Of a DNA stretch of 54,200 nt, positions 1 through 7,873 are shown in pieces. Source of the stretch: a virus. Taxonomy: Duplodnaviria > Caudoviricetes. How positions within the stretch are numbered: the first letter of the stretch is position 1; every line of letters begins with the position of its first letter. The notes under the pieces were generated by a model. That model was not told the DNA's origin. It searched no databases and was given only the letters and a program-made list of their open reading frames with translations. The translations under genes were made by a program, and so were the position numbers. Where the stretch lies: positions 1 through 54,200 of the IMG/VR virus record IMGVR_UViG_3300036844_000041. The stretch is one strand, 5' to 3'.

Positions 1-91
1 GTCGTGGCCCTATTGACCGTTTGCGTGGCCCCCCTGCCCCCCTCCACCCCACCGCGCACGCATCACAGTGCGTAATCACGATCAGGTCGAG

Positions 92-451
92 TCACGCAGC
101 GTAGTCACGCTTCCTGCCGTTGCACCTGCGGCACAGCACACCCAGCGCGCCACCCTCCGCACCACCCGCACCCACACCCACCACATGATCCGCAGTCAGT
201 GGGTTGACCAGACTGGTCGGATGCGGAGGGCACTGCCACCCAGGGCACCACTCGCCGTACGCCGCACGATGCGCATCAACCACGGCCTTCCGCCGCTGAC
301 GCTCAGCGTTGCTGTACGGCCGCCGATCACGCTTGCCCCGCAGCGTCCCCCGATCCACGACACGCTGATGCTCAGGGCAGCGTGAGCCGTGCGCAAGGCG
401 TCCACATCGCACGCCGGGCAGGCCCAGGCATGGGCGTAGCGCTCTGCCCAC
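92..451 (-). CDS. HNH endonuclease (HK97 gp74-like packaging accessory)
   Basis: Motif LTADHVV...LGVLCRRCNGRK and N-terminal C..C..CPEH. Lies immediately upstream of terS when the genome is circularised. Confidence 0.85.
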   Translation of the reverse strand: MGRALRPCLGLPGVRCGRLAHGSRCPEHQRVVDRGTLRGKRDRRPYSNAERQRRKAVVDAHRAAYGEWCPGWQCPPHPTSLVNPLTADHVVGVGAGGAEGGALGVLCRRCNGRKRDYAA

Positions 452-550
452 CGTCGCCTACTTCGGACGGTTCGGCGGCCTCGGTGTGGCCGGCTTCGGT
501 GGGGTGATCGGACGTGGCGCTTGGGGTCGCTGGGACATCGCACCTCCCGC

Positions 551-769
551 TCACGCGACGTTGCGGTGCGACTTCCCCGACATCCGGGTCTGGGCCTCGA
601 CTGTGAGGATGTCGCCCCACCGGTACAGCGGGGAACGGCCGCGCTTGCCCACCGCGCGGAGCTTGCCGAGCTTGCGCCACATGCAGATCAGCGGGATCGT
701 CACGTGCTGGGCTTTCATCGCCGGGTCGGCGACGGCTTCGCTCGCGGTCACGTGGGCGTCCAGATTCAC
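551..769 (-). CDS. Small MerR/excisionase-like HTH DNA-binding protein
   Basis: VTASEA...LICMWRKLGKL...GRSPLYRWGDI pattern; GGGAGG Shine-Dalgarno upstream of the GTG. Confidence 0.6.
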   Translation of the reverse strand: MNLDAHVTASEAVADPAMKAQHVTIPLICMWRKLGKLRAVGKRGRSPLYRWGDILTVEAQTRMSGKSHRNVA

Positions 770-797
770 CGCGGGCGTCCTCCCCTGTGGAGAGACG

Positions 798-832
798 CAA
801 CGAGCGCCGCACGGCGGGCGCGGCGCTCGTTG
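798..832 (-). terminator. Hairpin downstream of the Ro60 gene (likely terminator)
   Basis: 13-bp inverted repeat CAACGAGCGCCGC / GCGGCGCTCGTTG. Confidence 0.55.
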
Positions 833-888
833 GGCAGACTCGTGGCTGCGTTTAGGTTAAACCGTCGCTGATCATCGGTGCAAGCATG

Positions 889-2451
889 TCAGAACGGCCA
901 GTTGGCGTGTCGTCCCGCCTCGATCAGCGGGATCATCCGGAATGTGGCGTCGGTGAGCCCGCCGAACTCGGTCCGGTTCGGCGCGCCCGCGCTGAAGGCT
1001 GCCGGGCGGTAGCCGCCGAGGTTGAAGCCGTACAACGCCACCGACGGCGGGACCGCAGACGTGGCGCCGGAGTCCATCGTCTGCATGTCGGAGACGAGGA
1101 ACACCCGGTCGTGGCCGTTCCATGTGCGGCGCAGGCTCGCGGCGATCTGGGTACCGTGACCCACCTCACCGGTCCGGGACAGGAAGCGGCCGATCTCCTT
1201 GAGCGCGCTGGCGCCCTTCGGCACGTCGTGGCGGAACGCGTCGTCGGCGAAGCCGTACAGGTCGGCGCCGCACCGGATCGCCAGGACGACACCGAACACC
1301 GCGGCGGCCTTCGCCGGGCCCATCTTCGACCGGGCCGAGAACGACATGCTCGTCATCGACGCCGACGTGTCGATGAGCACGAGCGTCTTCCCGTCGAGCC
1401 GCGGCACGTTCGCGAGACTCGCCGACAGGGCCTTGTCCAGGGCATGACCCCAGCGCAGGGACGGGGCGTTCTCGTACGCGGCGAGGAACCGGAACGGGAA
1501 CTGGCGGGACCTCACCACCTGCTGCGGATCCGCGAGCCGCGCCGCGACCTGCTCGGCCACCGCATCAGACACGCCGGCCTCGTCGAAGTTGCGCAAGTTC
1601 CGCAGCAGCGCCATGTAGCCCATCGACGGGATGACTGCCTCCCACAGCTTTGCCTTGTCGACGCGGTCACCAGCCAGCGACAGTGCGTCCTCCCACGTCA
1701 TGCCAGCACGCTTCAGCGCCTCGGCGTCGAGAAGGGCCTGCGGCTCATCGCCGAGCGCGCGGGAGCGCATCAGCATGCGCGCGTCGACCATCGGCAGCCC
1801 GGTGATCTCGCCGCCCCGGCCGTGGCGCCGATCGAGGGCGTAGCGGAACAGCTCGCCCTGCCACGGTGCGACCGCGTCCGGGTGAACCAGGTCGATGACG
1901 TCGGCGAACCGGAAGCCCTTGCTGTCGGTGTCGTACTTGAGCAGGGCGTACTCGTTGTAGAGGCGGCCGATCGCGTCGGCGATGCCGCGCTTGACCGGCT
2001 TCGGGATCGCCCGGCCGAACCGGGACGTCCAGTAGGCGAGCAGCTCGCCGGGTTCGTCCGCGCGCTGCAGCACCGAGGCGATCACCTGGCGGGACATGCC
2101 GGCCTCGCCGCGCTTCAGCCGCTCATGCGCGAAGGCCGCCGCGCCGACCAGCGGGGCGGAGCGCATGTTGCCATCGGTGCGGAGCCACGCCAGGAGCCGG
2201 GACGTCCACTCCGAGTCCTCGGCCGTTGCCTGCCTCACGAGCGCCTCGTAGCGGGCGTCACGGTCGGTTGCCCGCTCGTAGAAGGTGTCCTCACCGACCA
2301 TGTTGGACACCGCGAGGAGGAACAGTTCGCTCTTCACGTCCCGGACGTAGCCGGGCGCGCCTTCGTGGGTGAGCGTGGACGGGGTCGACTCGGCGGCGAT
2401 CGGGCCGTTGCCCTTCGCCGGCCACGTCGCGGTCGTGTTGAACTTCGCCAT
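889..2451 (-). CDS. rsr: Ro60/Rsr TROVE-domain RNA-binding protein with C-terminal vWA domain
   Basis: TROVE motifs (THEGAPGY..ELFLLAV..FYE; LQRADEPGE; MGYMALLRNLRNF; SRQFPFRF) and vWA MIDAS motif (LIDTSASM ... GHGT ... SDMQ). Adjacent Y RNAs. Confidence 0.96.
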   Translation of the reverse strand: MAKFNTTATWPAKGNGPIAAESTPSTLTHEGAPGYVRDVKSELFLLAVSNMVGEDTFYERATDRDARYEALVRQATAEDSEWTSRLLAWLRTDGNMRSAPLVGAAAFAHERLKRGEAGMSRQVIASVLQRADEPGELLAYWTSRFGRAIPKPVKRGIADAIGRLYNEYALLKYDTDSKGFRFADVIDLVHPDAVAPWQGELFRYALDRRHGRGGEITGLPMVDARMLMRSRALGDEPQALLDAEALKRAGMTWEDALSLAGDRVDKAKLWEAVIPSMGYMALLRNLRNFDEAGVSDAVAEQVAARLADPQQVVRSRQFPFRFLAAYENAPSLRWGHALDKALSASLANVPRLDGKTLVLIDTSASMTSMSFSARSKMGPAKAAAVFGVVLAIRCGADLYGFADDAFRHDVPKGASALKEIGRFLSRTGEVGHGTQIAASLRRTWNGHDRVFLVSDMQTMDSGATSAVPPSVALYGFNLGGYRPAAFSAGAPNRTEFGGLTDATFRMIPLIEAGRHANWPF

Positions 2452-2460
2452 GATGCGAAA

Positions 2461-2490
2461 CGGCTCCCAACCGTGAGAGGTGGGGAGCCG
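2461..2490 (-). promoter_or_regulatory. GC-rich hairpin between Y RNA array and rsr start (terminator/attenuator; contains a GGGAG SD-like sequence)
   Basis: Minus strand reads CGGCTCCC-CACC...GGTT-GGGAGCCG then TTTCGCATC and the rsr ATG. Confidence 0.55.
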
Positions 2491-2496
2491 CAGCTT

Positions 2497-2652
2497 CAGA
2501 AGAGATGCCCGAGATCAAAGCGGGACCGGTGACCTAAAGCGCTCTGCCAACTGAGCTACGTCCCGCACGTGAGGCGGGACGACAGGACTCGAACCTGCGA
2601 CCTCTCGATCCCAAATCGAAGTAACCGAACCCTGCGCACCGGGCATCTTCTG
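2497..2652 (-). ncRNA. Y RNA 1 (YrlA-like) carrying a circularly permuted tRNA-Pro(UGG)-like domain
   Basis: Terminal stem (A)GATGCCCG/CGGGCATC(T); Ro-stem strands GGTGCGCAG and TTTGATCTCGG; anticodon arm TTCGA-TTTGGGA-TCGAG; variable AGGTC; T arm GCAGG-TTCGAGT-CCTGT; closed acceptor CGTCCCG/CGGGACG; D arm GCTC-AGTTGGCA-GAGC. Confidence 0.9.
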
Positions 2653-2661
2653 CAATTGTGA

Positions 2662-2786
2662 CTCCCCGAGATCAAAGGTGGGCGACGGGTGCCACACGCC
2701 ATCGTGGCTGCCGAACCCCAGGAGCGGGGTTGGCTGGATTCGAACCAGACCTCAGTGAAGGAACCGTCATCCAGCGCACCGGGGAG
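2662..2786 (-). ncRNA. Y RNA 2 (YrlA-like, degenerate permuted tRNA domain)
   Basis: Terminal stem CTCCCCG/CGGGGAG; GGTGCGCTG ... TTTGATCTCGG; GGTTCCTTC motif; T arm CTGG-TTCGAAT-CCAG; acceptor-like hairpin AACCCC/GGGGTT; D-like hairpin GCCAC/GTGGC. Confidence 0.85.
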
Positions 2787-2856
2787 GTGCTTGTTCAGTT
2801 GTAGCCCGGACGCCTACTCCGAGCGGTCCGGTCGTCAGGCGACACGGGCGTTTTGC

Positions 2857-2974
2857 GGCCTCCCGAGATCGGGGCGGTGTCCGGCAAGCGGGACTCGAAC
2901 CCGCAGCAATCGCCTTTACGGGGCGATTCGTCGGCCAATCGCGAAGTAACCGTCCACCTTCGCACCGGGAGGTC
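2857..2974 (-). ncRNA. Y RNA 3 with anticodon-arm-like (GUA) and T-arm module
   Basis: Terminal stem CCTCCCG/CGGGAGG; GGTGCGAAG ... GATCTCGG; GGTTACTTC; TCGCC-CCGTAAA-GGCGA, 5-nt linker, then GCGGG-TTCGAGT-CCCGC. Confidence 0.85.
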
Positions 2975-2987
2975 TGGAGTTGTTGTG

Positions 2988-3064
2988 TCCGCCGAGATCC
3001 AGGCGCTACGGGGTACGGGTCAAACTAGCAGTTTGAAGTAACCCCATGGCTTCGCACCGGCGGA
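2988..3064 (-). ncRNA. Y RNA 4 (minimal, no T arm)
   Basis: Terminal stem TCCGCCG/CGGCGGA; GGTGCGAAG ... GATCTCGG; GGTTACTTC; apical hairpin TCAAA-CTGCTAG-TTTGA. Confidence 0.8.
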
Positions 3065-3072
3065 ACTTCCCT

Positions 3073-3101
3073 ACCGTACACCGAACGCGGCCCGAGGTTA
3101 A
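3073..3101 (-). promoter_or_regulatory. Candidate sigma70-type promoter for the Y RNA-rsr operon
   Basis: TTAACC-17 bp-TACGGT, placing +1 near 3066, just before the 5' end of Y RNA 4. Confidence 0.5.
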
Positions 3102-3155
3102 ACCGAGTATCCGATGTGGAACGTGCCATCATCGCGCGGCCGTACGACATTCCGT

Positions 3156-3881
3156 TCAAGCCGCCCACGGCACCGTCTTGCCGTGCGCCTCAGCGAACTC
3201 CTCCGCCGTGAACATCCGACCACAGTGCATGCACTCATGATCGGTAGCGATGTCTTCACGCCACACTGCGGCGACATGGCAGTCGGGGCACGACTCCTCC
3301 GGGCGTTGGGAACCGCGCGGAGCCCAGCCTGACACCCGCCGGAGGGTGGAGTGGAGGTCTCGGATCTCCCGGGCGAACTCGTCGATGGCGGGGTGCTGGC
3401 TGCACATCTCCTCTACGCGCCGTACCAGCCACGCGACAAGGTCACCCACCTCAGCGCCTGGCAGATCGTCGGCTGGGCAGAAGGTCTCGTGCCAGTCCCG
3501 CACCCACGAGTCAAGTACCGCGGCGACGGATGGGTAGCCGGTCTGGTCGTGGCTCGGGTCGGACGTGCCGGCGCGCTGGGGTCGCGCCGGCGCGAGCAGG
3601 TCCAGGGCGTCCACGTTGACCGGTACCGGTGGATCGGTCGAGCCGGCCACCTTCGGGCCCGCGGACTGACCAGGCACGGGACCGGCGGGAAGCGCCATCG
3701 CGAGCGCGTCGCGTGCGCCGGTCAGGCCCGCGTCCCGCGCTTCGAGCTCGGCGCAGTAGTCCGGGATCTCCCACAGGATCCGGCGGAGCCAGCGGCGGCA
3801 CGGACCACAGCAGGGCGTCAGGTCCGGAAGCGGGTCTCGGCGGTGGCAGACGACGCAGGTGCCGGAGGGCTCGTCACTCAC
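3156..3881 (-). CDS. Zn-binding putative late-transcription regulator typical of actinophage genome ends
   Basis: N-terminal CxxC...CxxC, central PVNVDALDLL / LDSWVRDW block, C-terminal CPDC...CMHC. Confidence 0.55.
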   Translation of the reverse strand: MSDEPSGTCVVCHRRDPLPDLTPCCGPCRRWLRRILWEIPDYCAELEARDAGLTGARDALAMALPAGPVPGQSAGPKVAGSTDPPVPVNVDALDLLAPARPQRAGTSDPSHDQTGYPSVAAVLDSWVRDWHETFCPADDLPGAEVGDLVAWLVRRVEEMCSQHPAIDEFAREIRDLHSTLRRVSGWAPRGSQRPEESCPDCHVAAVWREDIATDHECMHCGRMFTAEEFAEAHGKTVPWAA

Positions 3882-4196
3882 CGCTACGCCTATCGGTCTC
3901 AGCCCGGGGATCCGGGACACCTGTACTGGCCGGTAACGAGGATTGATCCAGGTATGTCACGGAATGGTCGTCACGATCCGTACTCCCCTGTTGGTCGAGG
4001 GACGTCAGTGCGCCGAGCAACCTCAGCGCCAGCACAACCATCACCGCCGCATGTCGGGTATACCGAGCACACCAGCACGGGTTCCCGCCCGAGCACGCAC
4101 AGGGGAACGGCCGCGCCATCCACTCGAAGGCGTCGCCAAGCGTCACCTCCGCGAAAGGGCTCACCGGTCCAGCTCCTCGCTCATGGCCGCCACTCC

Positions 4197-4628
4197 TCAT
4201 CCGTCCACCTCCGCGCTCTCGCGGCCGCACGACCCACACACGAACCCGCGTGGCGGAACGCCATGACACACCGCACAAGGGCACGTCCGCACGCCGAACT
4301 TCGCCTCACCGACCAGCCACGCCCGCGCGTCCCGGACCGCGTCCAGCCGGCCAGGCAGCAGCTCGACCAGCACATCGGGTTGCGCGTCGACGAGCAGATC
4401 AACCGGCGCCACATCGAGGGCCCGAGCCAGGATGAGCAACTCGGCCGCGGACACGTCATCGCGCCGGCCGATCTCCATATTCGCGATCACCGACCGCGGT
4501 ACCGGGTAGCCCAACTCGGCGCACCGGTCTGCCAGGGTTGCCGCCGACCAGCCCCGCTCACGCCGCAACCTGAGGACCGCCGCCGAGACCATGTGGGTCA
4601 GCCGGACGTTCCACGGTGTCTCGCTCAC
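4197..4628 (-). CDS. XRE-family HTH protein
   Basis: LRRERGWSAATLADRC...RSVIANMEIGRRDDVSAAELLILARALDV. Confidence 0.8.
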   Translation of the reverse strand: MSETPWNVRLTHMVSAAVLRLRRERGWSAATLADRCAELGYPVPRSVIANMEIGRRDDVSAAELLILARALDVAPVDLLVDAQPDVLVELLPGRLDAVRDARAWLVGEAKFGVRTCPCAVCHGVPPRGFVCGSCGRESAEVDG

Positions 4629-4857
4629 GATGCCCCCAGCAGGATGAACTCACCGGCGGGCAGCAACCCGTACAGCCGACGCCCCTCGGGACAATCGAGC
4701 GGCGGAATGCCCAGCGGACGGCAGTGCTCGGCGCAGTGCTCGTCGTACGCTCGCCGCAGCGGCCGGGCCAGCGTGATGGCGAGGGCTTCGAAGACGCCGG
4801 CTGCGAACGGCACCCGCTCGCCAGCCTCGATCCGGGCGGCCACCGGCCAGACATACG

Positions 4858-5262
4858 TCACGCCGCTCTCCACTCCTCTCTGAAGCCCGGACGGTCGGAG
4901 AACGGCTGAGCGACGATCTTCAACACTCGCACCAACGCCAGGAGCCAGCCGGCAGAGGCCAAGTCGTCCGGGTGCGCCCGGCAGGCAGCGAGCGCGCGCT
5001 CGTACTCGGCGATCAGCCGGCGCTTTGCCTCCACCTCGCGGAGCACGCGGGAAGGGTCGTGTTCCGCGATGTGCTCGGCGTGGTGCTCGGTGTGTCCACC
5101 CTCGTCATAGATGATCATGTCGTCGGCTTCGATGCGACGGCAGCCGCACGGACCTTCACAGTCCCCGAAGTGGTCCACATGCCAGGAGTTGCCGCCGGCC
5201 GCGCGCGCCTTCCGTTCGACGTCGTCCAGCACGCCGCGCAACCATGTGACCAGGTCATTCAC
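4858..5262 (-). CDS. DUF6221-like protein
   Basis: DLVTWLR...HIAEHDPSRVLREVEAKRRL...F.DRPGFREEWR signature. Confidence 0.75.
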   Translation of the reverse strand: MNDLVTWLRGVLDDVERKARAAGGNSWHVDHFGDCEGPCGCRRIEADDMIIYDEGGHTEHHAEHIAEHDPSRVLREVEAKRRLIAEYERALAACRAHPDDLASAGWLLALVRVLKIVAQPFSDRPGFREEWRAA

Positions 5263-6602
5263 TGTCGATCTTCCCCACGTCGAGTTCGAGGCCCTTCACG
5301 ACCAGCGCGATCGTCGCGCACGAGCGCCACTCCACCAGCACCGGAGGAGGCATCCCCGGAGAGCAGGCCAGGCACGCCACCACCCCGCCGAACAGCTCGG
5401 GCTTGTGCAACCGCGCGATCTCGTAGATCGTTTCCTCCGCGGCCTGCACGGCGCAGAAGTGGTCCTCGATCTTGCTCAGCACGTCGTCGTGCAGCGCGTG
5501 CGCGTCTGCCGCCGCCAGGCGGACCAGGCGGACCTCTTCCCAGGTCATAGCTGGCTACCCTCCGTACTCCCCTGTGATCGGGGCTCGGCCCGCGACCGGA
5601 ACCACACCGCGCAATGACCGGCCACCCACACACGCGCGCGCGCCGGGCCGGGCTCGAACTCCCGCCACAGCCCGTCAGTCGGCTTCTCAACCGATTCGCG
5701 CGCGTACTCCAGATCCACGGTCAGCGGCACGGCGTCGTCCAGCTCGACCACGATGGTCGCGCCGTCCTTCGTTCGCGCCTCGACACGCACGTGCTCCCAC
5801 TCGATCTTGGTCACGCCCTGCCCCCTTCCGCCCTCGCCGGTGGCGTGGTGCACCGGGCACGGCTCCGACTCCACCGTTATCCCGCACACGTCGCCGATTC
5901 CCTCATCGTCGGGCTCACCGCACACCCAGCCGCCCAGAAGCGGGATCGGGAGCCACAGCTCTACCCGGCCGTCAACCACCCGTGTCTGCCTCATGCTCCG
6001 TCTCCTTCCGCCCTCACTGGTAGCTCCCCAGACTTCAGCTCTACACGGCTCACGCTGGCCTCCCGTGCACCGGGCAGTGCGGGTCGAGGCCCTTCACCGA
6101 TGACGTGTACGGCCGTTCCCCTGGCATCGATGTGTCTATGTCCGGGCAGGAGCAGACTTGCCGCAACGCCAGACGGGTCGGGCACGGCCACGTCTTGTAG
6201 CACTCCGAGCAGGTCACACCAGCCAGCGTTCCGCCCAACGTCCACCGTTCCTCCGGCCGGTGGTTGCGGTCTGCCATCTCGCGGACCATCGGGTCCGACA
6301 GGTCCAGCTGGGTCACTTCGCCAGCCTCTCCACCGGGGTCCGGAACTGCGACGTCGACACCTTCCCCGCCAACCACCGCGCGAGCACGGCCGGCGGGTCC
6401 ACCTTCAGCGGCACGACCCGCACCGTCTGCGCAACCCGGGTTGTCCCCGGCACCACATACCGATGCCCGTCCTTGAGTAGGAACACGTCGCAGAAGATCT
6501 GCCCGCCCTTGATGCGCGGCACCGACTCCCGAGGCACGTCAGCCGCGCAGATGCCGTTCGCCTCCAACCAGGCGATGATCTCGTCTTCGAGCACACGTCG
6601 GC

Positions 6603-7436
6603 TCACTTCGAGGGGTCCTCTCTACTCGGAGGGTCGGCCGGCGGTAGGCGCTTCACGCACGCGATCTCGTAGCCGGCCGCCCACTCCCCGAACCAGCGCC
6701 GCCACTTCTTACCGCCATGCCGGCCTTGGAACCAGCATGCGACGAGCACGTCATCGCGGGTGATGTCGTAGTCGTCGGCGACCCGATCGACGTCCTCTCC
6801 GGCCCAGACCAGGCCCACGAGCGCGTCGACCGGGATGCCCTTCACGTTCGGGTCGCCCCAGCGGTGCAGCGGATCGACACGCACGAACGCGTCCGCCGGG
6901 CGGCGGATGTTCCGCTCCCCGTACTCGCCGTTGCCCCGAAGCACGGTCCGGGGCTCACCGAGCCCGGCAGTGACCTCGCTGGCCACCGCCACGCCGAACA
7001 CCTCCCGGTCCGGCAGCTCGACCCGCACTGTCACCTGATCGCCCGGGGTGACGAGGACGGCGGCGGTCACCGACCAGTCGATGAGCCCGGGCCGGTACCG
7101 CGCGTCGTCGCGGACAGTGCCCGGCTGGATCTCTTCACCGCAAATCCGGCACGCCAGGTAGGGCACGTCATAGCCGGCGCACGGCTCGTCATCCCAGTGC
7201 GCGCACGAGTCGTCACACTCGACATGGCGGGTCAGGCGCTCCAGAGTCGGGGTTGTCCCGGCCGCCGACCAGGCATGGAAATGCCCAGCGGCGTCGGTGT
7301 GCACCCACTTCGGATCCGGCTTCCGCCCCGTCTCCGAGGACACGTCGATGACGTCCCGGGTTACCTGGAGCACGCCCGGGACTGGTTCGGCCGCGTTGAC
7401 GGTGATGCTGGGGTTCCGTGGCACGAATGTCGCCAT
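6603..7436 (-). CDS. Hypothetical protein with C-terminal DUF433 (antitoxin-type HTH) domain
   Basis: C-terminus VRVDPLHRWGDPNVKGIPVDALVGLVWAGEDVDRVADDYDITRDDVLVACWF. Confidence 0.7.
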   Translation of the reverse strand: MATFVPRNPSITVNAAEPVPGVLQVTRDVIDVSSETGRKPDPKWVHTDAAGHFHAWSAAGTTPTLERLTRHVECDDSCAHWDDEPCAGYDVPYLACRICGEEIQPGTVRDDARYRPGLIDWSVTAAVLVTPGDQVTVRVELPDREVFGVAVASEVTAGLGEPRTVLRGNGEYGERNIRRPADAFVRVDPLHRWGDPNVKGIPVDALVGLVWAGEDVDRVADDYDITRDDVLVACWFQGRHGGKKWRRWFGEWAAGYEIACVKRLPPADPPSREDPSK

Positions 7437-7873
7437 CAGGTCGGGTCCTCTCTGTCCGTACTCGCCCCGACGAGCACCGGCTCAACACCCGAGTCGTCGA
7501 TCAAGCAGACGTTCAGATCCTCGTGCCAGCGGGCGCCAGGGAAGCCGCACCAGCCTTCGTGTGCGTGCTCCGCGACCAGCCGGCCAGCGGCGCGGGCGAT
7601 CGGCGCGTGCCCCTCACAGGCCGGGAGCGCGACCAGGCCGTACGCGGCGCTGACCGTCATTACGTGGACCGCCGCCCGCCACCACATCGACCGCGACGCC
7701 TGCCTGAGGATCGCCGGCCAGCCGTCCGGCCACCGGTCCCACGCGAGCGACGTCTCACCGTACGGCGGATCCGCGACGATGCAGTCCGCGGTGATGCCCA
7801 GCGCCGGCACGACCTCGCGGCAGTCCCCGTGGTACAAGGTCACCGAGTCGTCGGCATAGTAGTGTCCGCTCAC
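7436..7873 (-). pseudogene. Truncated amino-(N4/N6) DNA methyltransferase N-terminus fused to an unrelated C-terminus
   Basis: YYADDSVTLYHGDCREV...CIVADPPY start is typical, but the ORF is only 145 aa and lacks the FxGxG SAM-binding motif. Confidence 0.7.

Noticed and set aside
833-841. GGCAGACTC copies at 833 and ~29903 as remote repressor operators
   Set aside because: Single 9-bp half-sites without a palindromic partner; could be chance.
886-2532. 548-aa plus-strand ORF (and similar long antisense ORFs such as 37935-39437, 52033-54099, 28863-30644)
   Set aside because: Shadow ORFs of real genes caused by high-GC codon bias.
2515-3041. Short ORFs over the Y RNA array
   Set aside because: No protein features; better explained by structured RNA.
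2497-3064. Repeats as a CRISPR array or an ordinary tRNA cluster
   Set aside because: The repeated parts are paired ends of structured units, not identical direct repeats. No cas genes are present. The tRNA arms are permuted or incomplete, with no free acceptor end.
7436-7873. Functional DNA methyltransferase or restriction-modification system
   Set aside because: The SAM-binding motif is missing and no cognate nuclease is adjacent.
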